Shown here one piece after another: positions 8,337 through 19,201 of a stretch of 64,000 bases of DNA (its first letter is position 1; the number at the start of each line of letters is the position of its first letter). Where the stretch lies: assembly GCF_028369095.1 (NCBI RefSeq), contig NZ_JAQNDN010000024.1, positions 565,253 to 629,252 of the forward strand, given 5' to 3'. Under the pieces are notes generated by a model. That model was not told where the DNA came from and did not search any database. It worked only from the letters and a program-made list of their open reading frames with translations. Origin of the DNA: Nannocystis radixulma. Its GTDB lineage: Bacteria; Myxococcota_A; Polyangia; Nannocystales; Nannocystaceae. The translations under genes were made by a program, and so were the position numbers.

Positions 8337-10130
8337 ATGCGTTATAACTGCGCCATGAACTCGACTCCTTGGCTTTTCTCGATGCGTTCCCTCGGCCTGT
8401 GTTCGGCGATCGTCGCGGCTTCCGCGTGCACCGAGCGCCACCCCGGCGAGGAGACCGACGGCGACGACACGACGACGATCACGGACGGCCCCGCGACCGA
8501 CGGTCCGACCACGAACGACCCGCCGACGACCACGAATCCGCCGACCACCACCGATCCGACCGACGGGCCGAGCTCGGACACCGAGGGCGATCCGACCGAC
8601 GGTCCGGAGCCGACGGAGCCCGTGGTGATCGCCTTCAACGCCGACGCGGACATCCTGTTCGTGATCGACAATTCGCTCTCGATGGCCACGCGGCAGGCCA
8701 AGCTGGCGGCGGCCATGGACGGCTTCCTCGACCGGATCGAGGGCCTGAACTACCGCATCGGCATCACCACGACCGACAGCGGCAACCCGCGCTGCGACGA
8801 GATGGTCACCACGCCGGAGCGCGGGAGGCTGCAGCTGACGAGCTGCATCGATCGGGTGGCGCTGGGCGAATTCGAGGTGCTCGGCGAGGACGCGTCGTCG
8901 GCGTGCACCGACCTCTGCGCGCTGACCGACGCCGATCTGCCGATCAAGCCGACCGAGACGCACCTGTCGAACGGCGAGCTCGCGCCGCGCAATTGGGTCG
9001 AGCGGATCAACAGCGTGTCCAACCTGCCCGACGGCGTCGACGCGGTCGACGCGCTGCAGTGCTTCATCCCGCAGGGGGTCGCCGGTTGCGGCATGGAGTC
9101 GCACCTCGAGTCGATGTTCCTCGCGCTGAGCCGGGCGAACGACGGCTCGTCGCCGACCAACCACGGCTTCATGCGCCCGCACGCGAGCCTGTCGGTGATC
9201 GTGGTCAGCGACGAGGCCGACTGCTCGTGGGCCAACGACGAGATCTTCACCACCAACAAGGTGTTCTGGGAGGACCCGGACGCGGCGGCGCCGACGAGCG
9301 CGGCGTGCTGGAACGCGGGGGTGGCGTGCACGGGCGCCGGGCCGACGTTCGAGACCTGCACCTCGGCCAACTTCGGCAGCGACGGCTCGTTCGACGTACC
9401 CGACGAGCAGGCGGTGCTGCAGCCGCTGGCGCGCTACATCGACTTCGTGCAGGCGATCGAGGACGAGAAGAAGGTGTTCGATCCGGACGCGGAGGTGCGG
9501 GTCATGATGCTCGCCGGCGTGCCTGTCGGCTACGAGTCGCACGACGCCGAGATCGTGTACGAGGACGCGCCCGATCCGCAGTTCCAGACCGACTTCGGCA
9601 TCGGCCCCGGCTGCCTCGGGGCCGACGGCCTCACCGCGATCCCGCCGGTGCGCGAGCGCGTGTTCGCCGAGGCGTTCGCGGTCGGCGAGGGCCGCGACCT
9701 GTTCTCGATCTGCGACGACAGCTACGACGCGGCGCTGGCGACCATGGCCGGGAAGATCGCCGGCCAGATCCGGCCGGCCTGCATGCCGAAGTGCGTCGCC
9801 GACGTCGATCCGAACACGCCCGCGCTCGAGGCGAACTGCGAGCTGTTCGAGGTCGATCTGCTGAACGAGACCCGCACCGCGCTCCTGCCGTGCATGGAGG
9901 TCGGCGGCGAGTGGACGGTGCCCGCCGGGTCCACGGCGTGCTTCGTCGAGCTGACCGACGGCAGCGGGGAGACGCCGAGCTCGATCGACAACATGAGCCC
10001 CGAGTGCGTCGCCGAGGGCTTCAACCTCGAGTTCTTCGTCCTCCGCATGGGGGCGCCGAAGTCAGGGTTGTTCGTCGAGGCGACGTGCGAGCTGTCGAAC
10101 AACCCGACCGCCGATTGCCCGCTGCTCTGA
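8337..10130 (+). CDS. von Willebrand factor A (VWA) domain lipoprotein
   Basis: RBS GGAGG 8 nt before ATG 8337 (alternative ATG 8355). Lipobox VAASAC. Thr/Pro/Asp-rich linker. MIDAS motif DxSxS in ADILFVIDNSLSMA. Cys-rich C-terminal region. Confidence 0.7.
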   Translation: MRYNCAMNSTPWLFSMRSLGLCSAIVAASACTERHPGEETDGDDTTTITDGPATDGPTTNDPPTTTNPPTTTDPTDGPSSDTEGDPTDGPEPTEPVVIAFNADADILFVIDNSLSMATRQAKLAAAMDGFLDRIEGLNYRIGITTTDSGNPRCDEMVTTPERGRLQLTSCIDRVALGEFEVLGEDASSACTDLCALTDADLPIKPTETHLSNGELAPRNWVERINSVSNLPDGVDAVDALQCFIPQGVAGCGMESHLESMFLALSRANDGSSPTNHGFMRPHASLSVIVVSDEADCSWANDEIFTTNKVFWEDPDAAAPTSAACWNAGVACTGAGPTFETCTSANFGSDGSFDVPDEQAVLQPLARYIDFVQAIEDEKKVFDPDAEVRVMMLAGVPVGYESHDAEIVYEDAPDPQFQTDFGIGPGCLGADGLTAIPPVRERVFAEAFAVGEGRDLFSICDDSYDAALATMAGKIAGQIRPACMPKCVADVDPNTPALEANCELFEVDLLNETRTALLPCMEVGGEWTVPAGSTACFVELTDGSGETPSSIDNMSPECVAEGFNLEFFVLRMGAPKSGLFVEATCELSNNPTADCPLL

Positions 10131-10206
10131 GGGCCTGATCGCGGCGGCCGACGACGGCGCCGCGTGTGCCACGACGTCGTCGGGCCGCGCAGGTCACCAG
10201 GCGTGG

Positions 10207-10486
10207 CGCCGCCTCTGGTGAATGAGAAGACGTCTGACGCCTGCGAGACGGACGGAGCGGCGTGCGGCCACACGGCCTGACGCCGCCTCTGGTGAATGAG
10301 AGACGTCCGAAGCCCGCGAGACGGACGGGTCGGCGTGCGGCCACACGGCGCAGCGACGCCGCGGATGCGATCGTGGCGCCGGCTGCGGTGAATGAGAGGA
10401 CGTTCGGAGCAGGCGAGACGGATGGCGGCGCACGCGGCCACGCCGGCGGCGGTGCTGCGATTCATCGTGCCTGCGCTGAACTGTGA
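10207..10486 (+). repeat. three imperfect tandem direct repeats (74 bp, 96 bp, ~95 bp) upstream of the radical SAM gene
   Basis: The shared blocks are CGCCGCCTCTGGTGAATGAGARGACGT (10207, 10281; GGTGAATGAGAGG again at 10387), GCGAGACGGAYGG and GCGTGCGGCCACACGGC. Each GGTGAATGAG forms a TGAATG stop/start junction for small overlapping ORFs. Copy 2 carries a 1-nt deletion relative to copy 1. Confidence 0.7.
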
Positions 10487-10635
10487 CGGACGGCGTCGAC
10501 CTCGGCCACTGTCTCGATCAAGACCGCGACCACGGCTTTTATGCGAGCCGCGGGTGCGGTCGTCGGAGGTCGTATGCTGTCTTTTAGGTCATGTGTTGTG
10601 ATTGTCGCGCCGCCCGCCGGCGGAGCGGAGGGGCC

Positions 10636-11685
10636 ATGAGGCTCTCGCTCCCGCGCCCGTCCCTGGCGCAGCTGCGGCGGCTGGTGGCGCGCTCGCCCGC
10701 CGCGGTCGCGCTGGCCAAGCGGATCTACCGCTCGCCGGCGCTGCAGCGCACGCCGCTGTTCCGCCGCTTCATCCGCACCCGCGTGACCGCGGCCGACGCG
10801 GCGGTGCGCGTCGGGGCGCCGCCGCAGCTGTGGATCGAGACGGTGCTGACGTGCAACGCGCGGTGCACGATGTGCGTCCACAGCGAGCGCAAGATGGTCG
10901 GGGTGATGCCGATGGAGCTGTTCCGCCGCCTGGTCGACGAGGCGGCCGAGTGGGGGATCGGGTCGGTGTGCCTCAGCATCTACGGCGAGCCGATGGTCGA
11001 CAGGCGCTGGCTCGAGCGCGTGCAGTACGTGCGCGCGGCCGGCATGACGTACAACTTCTTCTCCAACGCGAGCATGCTGACGCCGGAGCTGGCGGCGGCG
11101 ATGCTCGAGCTCGGCGGCTGGTCGGAGGTCAACTTCAGCGTCAACGGCCTCTCGCAGGCGGTCTACGAGGCCGTGATGCCGCCGCTCGCGCGCGAGCGCG
11201 TGTACGGCAACATCGAGCGGTTCCTCGCGCTGCGCCGGGCCCACCGCGGCGAGGTGCCGCGGGTCACGGTGTCGTGCGTGACCCTGGCCGAGAACGTGCA
11301 CGAGCTGCCCGAGTTCGTGCGCTACTGGCAGCCGCGGGTCGATCGCGTCAGCATCGCCGACCGCACCGACTGGCTCGGCGAGCTCAAGAAGACCGACAGG
11401 GCCGCGCCGGTGCGCGGGCGCCTGCGGGTGATGGACGGCGCGCAGTGGCAGATGCCGTGCCCGGCGCCGTGGCACAAGCTCTACGTGTACGCCGACGGGC
11501 GCGTGGCGCCGTGCTGCGAGGACGCGGCGCTGCGCCAGCTGATCCTCGGCAACGCCAACGACAACACGCTGCGCGAGATCTACCACGGCCCGGCCTACGC
11601 GGCGCTGCGCGAGCAACACCTGAGCGAGCGCCGCAATTCGCACCGGATCTGCGGCGGCTGTCGCGTCAACTGGCCGTGGATCTGA
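10636..11685 (+). CDS. radical SAM enzyme with C-terminal SPASM/twitch-like Cys cluster
   Basis: RBS GGAGCGGAGGGG precedes ATG 10636. CxxxCxxC motif in LTCNARCTMC. C-terminal cysteines CPAPW...APCCED...CGGC. The earlier start 10591 (MCCDC...) is not preferred. Confidence 0.8.
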   Translation: MRLSLPRPSLAQLRRLVARSPAAVALAKRIYRSPALQRTPLFRRFIRTRVTAADAAVRVGAPPQLWIETVLTCNARCTMCVHSERKMVGVMPMELFRRLVDEAAEWGIGSVCLSIYGEPMVDRRWLERVQYVRAAGMTYNFFSNASMLTPELAAAMLELGGWSEVNFSVNGLSQAVYEAVMPPLARERVYGNIERFLALRRAHRGEVPRVTVSCVTLAENVHELPEFVRYWQPRVDRVSIADRTDWLGELKKTDRAAPVRGRLRVMDGAQWQMPCPAPWHKLYVYADGRVAPCCEDAALRQLILGNANDNTLREIYHGPAYAALREQHLSERRNSHRICGGCRVNWPWI

Positions 11686-12957
<1,272 letters not shown>

Positions 12958-13199
12958 TCGTCGCTCACGCCCGCGCCTCGCGGGCCCTCCCGCCGACGAA
13001 GATGCGGGCAGGCAACGCATCAGTCACGTTCGAGTTCTTTGATGATGACATTAGTGGTGATGATGCGAGGCACGATTCGTCGGTAGGGCGGATGGGGCGA
13101 CAACGATGCAGGGGGAGGCGCTGTTCTCCCCGGACGACAGCGGAACGCCCGCGAGACGTGGCTCCCCAGAGCGCTCATCCGTGTCGGTTTTCGGCCCGG

Positions 13200-14741
13200 T
13201 CAACGGCTGGCGTCGCGGACCCACAGGCTCTCGTCGTTCGGGTGACAATCGCGGCTGCGGGTGACCAGGCGGCCGGCGGCGGTCGCAGCGGCCCAGAAAT
13301 CACCACAGAGCGTGCGGGTGACGCGACGCTCCGCGAGGTCGACCTCGATGAGTGCGGTGCCTTCGGCGATGAGCCAGGCCTCCCCGCCGCGGAGCGGGCC
13401 GACGACCGCGGACGAGAACTGCTCGATCGAGAACTCGAGCGACTTGGCGCCCGTGTCGGCGTCGAAGACCCGGATCCACCGCGGACCGGAGTGCATGGAC
13501 GGAGTGGTGATGATCCGTGTGCCGTCGGGAAACACGGCGAATTCGTGCGCGACCGTGTCGATCGCCAGCAGCTCGGCGCCAGTCGCTGGATCGAGCGCCG
13601 TGGGGGCGCCTCCACACGAGCCCCAGACGCGATCGCCCTTCGCGGTCGCGGTCAGCTGGTCGCACGAGCGGGCGATGACGGCCAGTTGGGCGCCCGAGGT
13701 CGCGTCGAGGAAGCATACCGCGCTTTCCTGGTCGCTCTGGGAGGCCGTTGCAGACAATACGAGGACGGTCCCTTCACGGGCGAAAGCCCCGCTGCGCGTC
13801 GGCTCGGAGCCGCTCGGTGATTGACCCGGGCCGCACGCGGGTCGCAGGACGACGTCGCCGCGCGCGGCGTCCAGGACGGCGAAGCCCGCGCGAGCCGCGA
13901 CCAGCACCTTCGAGCCGTCCGGGGAGACGATGAGGTGCGGGGGGTCGGCACCCTCCTGCGCGAATGCTCGGACATGCGTGGTCCACAGCTCGCGGTCAGC
14001 GTCGACGTCGAAGAAGGTGAACCGGCTCCCCTGGGCCGCGGCCAGGCGCGTGCCGTCGTGGGACAGCGCCAGCGCGTCCGGCCGACCCCAGAATCCGCTC
14101 ACGCTGTCGGCCAGACCCGGCAGCGGCGGGCCGTCCAGCCACTGGTCGGCGCCCCCGCGCACGATCAGCGCCGTGCCGATGGCCACGACGACGGCGCCGC
14201 CGAGCAGCCACGCGACGGCGCGCCGGCGGGTGATGGCGCCGGGGCGACCGAGCGCGGTCGTGGCCACGCCATGCGCGCCGAGGACGACGAACGCCGCGAT
14301 CGCGAGCTCGCGCCAGACGCCGAGGAGCGCCTCGATGCTGCGCCCCAGCCAGCCCGCCTCGACCGCGAGGGCCACGATCGCCGTCACGACGGCCAGGGCG
14401 AGGCTCGTCCATCCGGCGAGCCACAAGCCGAACGTGCGCACACCGGCTTCGTGCGCACGGAGGCCGGCGCGCGCGTAGAACACGGCGAGGGTACACAGCA
14501 CGACGACGCCGGGGGCGAGGCCCGCCACGAGCATGAACCACGCCGCGAATGCGATGCCACCGAAGTGACCGTGGGACGCGGAGCCGGGGGACATGCCCAC
14601 GGCCCACAGCACGGCGGCGACCGCCAGCAGCAGCATGAGCGCGCCCATCACCGCCGTCGCCCCTCCGAGCAGCAGCGCCGCCCGCTCGCGGGGCGCTGCC
14701 GGGCCCGCGTCCCGCAGCGCGGCGGTCGTGCTCCTCGGCAT
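13200..14741 (-). CDS. polytopic membrane protein with C-terminal beta-propeller (WD40/PD40-like) domain
   Basis: ATG at complement 14739-14741. About 6 hydrophobic helices, then repeats with SHDGTRL / SPDGSKV / FPDGTRI motifs. Confidence 0.65.
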   Translation of the reverse strand: MPRSTTAALRDAGPAAPRERAALLLGGATAVMGALMLLLAVAAVLWAVGMSPGSASHGHFGGIAFAAWFMLVAGLAPGVVVLCTLAVFYARAGLRAHEAGVRTFGLWLAGWTSLALAVVTAIVALAVEAGWLGRSIEALLGVWRELAIAAFVVLGAHGVATTALGRPGAITRRRAVAWLLGGAVVVAIGTALIVRGGADQWLDGPPLPGLADSVSGFWGRPDALALSHDGTRLAAAQGSRFTFFDVDADRELWTTHVRAFAQEGADPPHLIVSPDGSKVLVAARAGFAVLDAARGDVVLRPACGPGQSPSGSEPTRSGAFAREGTVLVLSATASQSDQESAVCFLDATSGAQLAVIARSCDQLTATAKGDRVWGSCGGAPTALDPATGAELLAIDTVAHEFAVFPDGTRIITTPSMHSGPRWIRVFDADTGAKSLEFSIEQFSSAVVGPLRGGEAWLIAEGTALIEVDLAERRVTRTLCGDFWAAATAAGRLVTRSRDCHPNDESLWVRDASR

Positions 14742-14868
14742 GCGCTCCAGAGGATGGCCGACCCGCCCGCGTCTCGCAAGGACGCACGAGACCCGGGACT
14801 GGAGAGGATGCGGGCGTGCGACGCATAAGTCTCTGTCGAACTCATGCTCCATGCTATAAGTCGACCTG

Positions 14869-15801
14869 ATGCTGCCGGATTTCAACCGCCTGCGGGTGTT
14901 CTTCCACGTCCACGAGGCGCGCAGCGTCAGCGCGGCCGCGGCGGCGCTGCACGTGACGCAGTCGGCGGTGAGCCAGAGCCTGGCCAAGCTCGAGGACGAG
15001 CTGAAGGCGCAGCTGTTCGTCCGCCGCCACCGCGCGATCGTACCGACGGCGGCCGGCGAGGCGCTGTTCGCCGTGGTCGCGCCGTTCGTCGCCGGGTTGC
15101 AGGAGCGGGTCGGCCAGATCCACCGCGCGCGCCACGAGCTGGCCGGCACGCTGCAGATCGGCGCGCCGGTCGAGTTCGGGTCACACCGCCTGCCCGAGGT
15201 GTTGGCCGCGTTCGCACGCGTGCACCCGGGCGTGCGCTTCACGCTGCGCCTTGGCCACCCGGCGGAGATCGTGCCGCTGCTCGAGGAGGGCCGGCTCGAC
15301 CTCGGGTTCGCCGATGTGTTCGAAGGGACAGGTGCGGCCGGGACCCGGCTGGCGGGCTTCGAGGTCGCGCCGGTGATGGAGGAGGCGCTGCTGCTGATCG
15401 CCGCGCCGAGCGTCGAGGCCGAACTGCTGCAGGGCAGCCGCGCGTTCGCCCGCCTGGCCGCGGCCCGCTTCGTCGACTATCACGCGAGCGCGCCGGCGGT
15501 GCGCGGGTGGTTCCGCCACCACTTCGGGCGCGTACCGACGCGGCTCGAGCCTGCCCTGGCGGTCGAGAGCGTGCAGGCCGTGATCGCGGCGACCAGCGCC
15601 GGGATGGGCCTCGGCGTGGTTCCGGCCCACACGGTGGCGCGCGCGCTGGCCAGCGACGAGCTGGTGGCGATCACGACGCGCCGGCGAGCGCTGACCAACC
15701 GGATCTCGCTGGTGCGCCTGCTCGACCGCGTGCCGAGCCGGCTCGAGCGTTCGTTCGTGGCGTTCGTGACGCAGGCGCTCGGCAAGCGCGCGGTTGGGTG
15801 A
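14869..15801 (+). CDS. LysR-family transcriptional regulator
   Basis: N-terminal HTH (SVSAAAAALHVTQSAVSQSLAKLE) plus a LysR substrate-binding domain. Divergent from the 13200..14741 gene. Confidence 0.85.
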   Translation: MLPDFNRLRVFFHVHEARSVSAAAAALHVTQSAVSQSLAKLEDELKAQLFVRRHRAIVPTAAGEALFAVVAPFVAGLQERVGQIHRARHELAGTLQIGAPVEFGSHRLPEVLAAFARVHPGVRFTLRLGHPAEIVPLLEEGRLDLGFADVFEGTGAAGTRLAGFEVAPVMEEALLLIAAPSVEAELLQGSRAFARLAAARFVDYHASAPAVRGWFRHHFGRVPTRLEPALAVESVQAVIAATSAGMGLGVVPAHTVARALASDELVAITTRRRALTNRISLVRLLDRVPSRLERSFVAFVTQALGKRAVG

Positions 15802-15830
15802 GCGGCGGCGGATCCCGCTACGATGGGCGC

Positions 15831-16178
15831 ATGTCGACGGACGCGAACGCCACCATCGAGGTTCTGGGCTTGCAACGAGTCGTTGGGCCGCAGTGGGCTC
15901 AGATCAACCTCGACCGGGACTACGCTCTCTTCGATCTGCTGAGCGGCGCCCGCTCCGACGATCCCGGCCATGCGTTGATTCCCCCGCGCTCGGTCGACGG
16001 TGCGGACGCCTGGACCGGCGCGACCTGGCTGTGGGCAGCGGAGCTCGACGCGGTCTGCAAGGCCTATCAGGAGCGCGAAGGTCAGCCTGCGACGGAACTC
16101 GAAGCGATCGCTGCTGCGATGCACCGATTGAACGGGAACGCTTCACAACGCACACGCTGCGTGTTCCGGTTCTTCTAG
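15831..16178 (+). CDS. hypothetical protein (115 aa)
   Basis: ATG 15831 in frame to TAG 16176-16178. Low Arg content and balanced composition (MSTDANATIEVLGLQ...). No recognisable motif. Confidence 0.35.
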   Translation: MSTDANATIEVLGLQRVVGPQWAQINLDRDYALFDLLSGARSDDPGHALIPPRSVDGADAWTGATWLWAAELDAVCKAYQEREGQPATELEAIAAAMHRLNGNASQRTRCVFRFF

Positions 16179-16462
16179 CGCAGGGCAGGTGCGTGCTGGT
16201 TCGAGGTGAGCGTGTCGGTCCCGACCTTCATGCTTCCGGCGTATGAGGCGCCGCGCAAAACAACTGCTGGCGAGGTGAGCGAGCGGGCGATCCGCTGCTG
16301 ATGCGTTCGTGCTCCGGGGACGAGGACGTGGCGGCGGCCGCGAATGTGGCCCGGCGCGGAAGGGCGGGAAGGGCGCCTCGGGTGTCGCTCGCGCGCGAAC
16401 TCGGTGGCTGCCTTCGTGGCCGGCTGCTGGTCGGGGCCGCCGTCTTTGTCAGACTGCCGGCC

Positions 16463-17512
16463 ATGGACGTGCGCCTCGATGCGATACGGCCCCGCTCGCT
16501 GCTGCGTGAGCTCGAGAGCCCAGCACGGACCCGACCCGACGTCATTCGTCTCGATCTGTCCGCGCTCCACGACATCGACAGCACCGGCGTGGCCGCGCTC
16601 CGCGCTGCATCCCGCAGGCTGAGCCGCTCCGGCATCGTCGTCGAGCTGCACGGCGCATCGCCCGAGGTCGCGCGCGTGCTCGCCGATACGCCCGAGCCCA
16701 ATCGACCGGAGCTCCCGCGCGAGCCGGGTGTGCTCGAGCGCGTCGGCAGATTCACGATCGCGGCGTGGCACGGCCTCGTCACGCTGGCCGACATGACCAT
16801 CGAGGCGATGCAGGGCGCCGTCGGTGCCGTGGTGGGCAGGCGCACCTTCTCGTGGCGCGACGTCGCCGCGCAGGTGGAGCTCATGGGGGCCGACGCGCTC
16901 CCCATCGCCGCCGCGATGAGCTTCTTGCTCGGGCTGGTGCTGGACTTCCAGACCTGGGTGCAGATGCACTACTACGGCACCGAGTCGGTCGTGCTCGAGT
17001 TCGTCGGCATCGGCATGGCCCGCGGGTTCGCGCCGTTCATCGTGGCGATCCTCCTGGCGAGTCGCACTGCCCCGGCCATCGCCGCGGAGCTGTCGACGAT
17101 GGAGATGCGCCAGGAGAACGACGTGCTGCGGGTGATGGGGATCTCGCCTGTCCGGCATCTGGTGGTCCCGCGCCTGTTCGCGATCACGCTCGTCACCCCG
17201 GCCCTGTCGCTGATCGCGACGACCAGCGGCATCCTCGGCGGCTTGCTGGTGACGGTGTGGCGGGACCCGCACTGGATGGCGGCGCTCGAGACGATGCTGA
17301 GAGAGATGACGCTCGCCGACCTGTGGCTCGGGACGGTCAAGTCCGTGCTGTTCGGGTGGGTGATCGGGCTCGCCAGCGCCTTCACCGGGCTCCACAGCGG
17401 GTATGGAGCGCTCAGCATCGGGATCGCGGCCACGCGGGCCGCGGTCGCCAGCATCTTCTTCGTCATGATCGTCGACAGCATCGTGACCACCCTATGGACG
17501 CTCGCGCAATGA
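16463..17512 (+). CDS. MlaE/YrbE-family ABC permease with N-terminal STAS domain
   Basis: ATG 16463. STAS-like segment (VIRLDLSALHDIDSTGVAALRAA) followed by MlaE-like TM helices. Its stop overlaps the next start (ATGA at 17509-17512). The true start could lie upstream, as far as 16301. Confidence 0.75.
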   Translation: MDVRLDAIRPRSLLRELESPARTRPDVIRLDLSALHDIDSTGVAALRAASRRLSRSGIVVELHGASPEVARVLADTPEPNRPELPREPGVLERVGRFTIAAWHGLVTLADMTIEAMQGAVGAVVGRRTFSWRDVAAQVELMGADALPIAAAMSFLLGLVLDFQTWVQMHYYGTESVVLEFVGIGMARGFAPFIVAILLASRTAPAIAAELSTMEMRQENDVLRVMGISPVRHLVVPRLFAITLVTPALSLIATTSGILGGLLVTVWRDPHWMAALETMLREMTLADLWLGTVKSVLFGWVIGLASAFTGLHSGYGALSIGIAATRAAVASIFFVMIVDSIVTTLWTLAQ

Positions 17513-18273
17513 CGGCGTCGGGACTCGTGGAGCTGCGCGAATTGGCCGTCGGATACGCGGAGGCGCCGGTCTTGACCGGGATCGACCTCCGCATCGACGC
17601 GGGCGAGATCGTCAGCATCATCGGCGCCTCGGGCAGCGGCAAGTCCACGCTGCTCCGCGCGATGGTGGGACTGCTCGAGCCCGCCGCGGGGGCGGTGTAC
17701 CTGTTCGGGCAGGACCTCTACGCGACGCGCCCTCGCTCGCGCGGGCGCGTGCTGTCGCGCGTGGGGGTGCTGTTCCAGAACGACGCCCTGTTCAGCTCGA
17801 TGTCCGTGCTCGACAACGTCATGTTTCCCGGCCGCAAGCTGACCGACCTGCCCGACGACGTGATCCACGAGCTGGCGCTCATCGAGCTCGCACGGCTCGG
17901 GGTGGACGAGCTGGCCGAACGAATGCCGCAGGCGATCTCGGGCGGACAGGCCAAGCGGGTCGCGCTGGCTCGCGCCAACGTCCTCGCGCCCGAGCTCATC
18001 TTCTGCGACGAACCAACGGCCAGCCTCGACCCGATCAACGCCGAGGTCCTGGGTCGCGAGCTGACGCGCTTGCGCGACGCCCAGGGCTCCACGGTGGTGC
18101 TGGTCACCCACGACATGCAGGTGGTCAGGTCGCTCTCCGATCGCACGGTCGTCATCGCCGCCGGAGGCATCTGCGCCGCCGGTGCGCCGGCGATGCTCGA
18201 GGGCAGCGACAACCCCCACGTGCAGGCGTTATTCCGCCTCGATCCGGTCCGACAGGCCCCAGGAGGGGAATAG
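17509..18273 (+). CDS. ABC transporter ATP-binding protein (MlaF-like)
   Basis: Walker A GASGSGKST, ABC signature ISGGQAKR, Walker B LIFCDEP. Confidence 0.85.
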   Translation: MTASGLVELRELAVGYAEAPVLTGIDLRIDAGEIVSIIGASGSGKSTLLRAMVGLLEPAAGAVYLFGQDLYATRPRSRGRVLSRVGVLFQNDALFSSMSVLDNVMFPGRKLTDLPDDVIHELALIELARLGVDELAERMPQAISGGQAKRVALARANVLAPELIFCDEPTASLDPINAEVLGRELTRLRDAQGSTVVLVTHDMQVVRSLSDRTVVIAAGGICAAGAPAMLEGSDNPHVQALFRLDPVRQAPGGE

Positions 18274-18277
18274 AACG

Positions 18278-19201
18278 ATGGCCAAGATCCGCACTCAAGC
18301 CGTCAAGCTCGGGATCTTCGTGGTCAGCGTCGTCACGATCCTGGTGCTGGCGCTGGTGCTCGTGGGCGGGCTGCGCCTGGGGAGGCCGGCCGACACGTAT
18401 CACATCGTCACCAGCGGCGGGGTCCTGGGCCTCGATCTCGAATCCTCCGTCACGATGCGCGGGGTCAAGATCGGCAGAGTGGCCGCGATCGAGCTCGATC
18501 GCAGCGATTTCGGCCGTGTGACGATCGACCTGAAGATCGACCCCAGTATCGCCATCCCTGGGCCCTCCAGGGCCTACTTTCAACGGGTCGGGGTCACCGG
18601 CCAGCGCGGGATCGACATCACGGGGGGGACGCTCGCCGACGGCCGGCTGGCCCCCGGAAGCACCATCCCTCGCGGAGAGACGCCGCTCGAGCTCCTCGAG
18701 GCGCGCGCGAGCGGACTCGGCGAGGAGCTGACGACCCTCGTCGCCGATGCGACGGAGACCGTCCGGGGCGCGAAGGAGGTGATCGCAGCCGTCGATCCGG
18801 CGCAGGTCGCGTCGATCGTCGAGGCCGTCGACCCGAAGCGGGTGGCGGCGCTCCTCGTGCATGGCGAGCGCACGGCGAGGACGCTCGCGTCGACCAGCAA
18901 GCAGCTCCAGCGGGCGCTGAACGAGGGACGCGCCCACCTCGGCGATCTGGCCGACGATGTCGATGCCTTCGCGGCGCGAGCCTCGACAGTGCTCGAGCAC
19001 GCCGATGGCGCCTCGCTTGAGCTCTCGCGCCTGCTCGTGGGGGCCACCACGATCTTGAACGCCAACGAGGACGATCTGCGCGCGGCGATCGGCAACATCC
19101 GGCGGGTGTCGCAGGACGCCCGGGCGCTCGTTCGAGCGTTGAGGACGCGGCCGAGCCTGCTGCTGCGCTCGGCCCCGCCCAAGGATCGCACGCTGCCATG
19201 A
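18278..19201 (+). CDS. MCE/MlaD-family substrate-binding protein
   Basis: RBS AGGAGGGG before ATG 18278. N-terminal TM anchor followed by an MCE domain (VTMRGVKIGRVAAIELD). Confidence 0.8.
   Translation: MAKIRTQAVKLGIFVVSVVTILVLALVLVGGLRLGRPADTYHIVTSGGVLGLDLESSVTMRGVKIGRVAAIELDRSDFGRVTIDLKIDPSIAIPGPSRAYFQRVGVTGQRGIDITGGTLADGRLAPGSTIPRGETPLELLEARASGLGEELTTLVADATETVRGAKEVIAAVDPAQVASIVEAVDPKRVAALLVHGERTARTLASTSKQLQRALNEGRAHLGDLADDVDAFAARASTVLEHADGASLELSRLLVGATTILNANEDDLRAAIGNIRRVSQDARALVRALRTRPSLLLRSAPPKDRTLP

Noticed and set aside
10207-10486. CRISPR array
   Set aside because: The repeats are 74-96 bp with internal variation. There is no regular short repeat/spacer structure and no cas genes.
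10591-10635. Alternative start MCCDCRAARRRSGGA... for the radical SAM gene
   Set aside because: ATG 10636 has a strong GGAG-rich RBS at the correct spacing. The upstream extension is Arg-rich and overlaps the end of the repeat cassette.
12958-13199. Possible SAH riboswitch in the ahcY 5' leader. A TGATGATG x2 direct repeat was also noted at 13041-13068.
   Set aside because: The conserved SAH-riboswitch blocks (AGGCUCGG...ACGGCGCUCAC pairing) are not recognisable in the leader. ORF 13051..13248(-), which ends in HHHH, is just the antisense translation of the GATGATG repeats.
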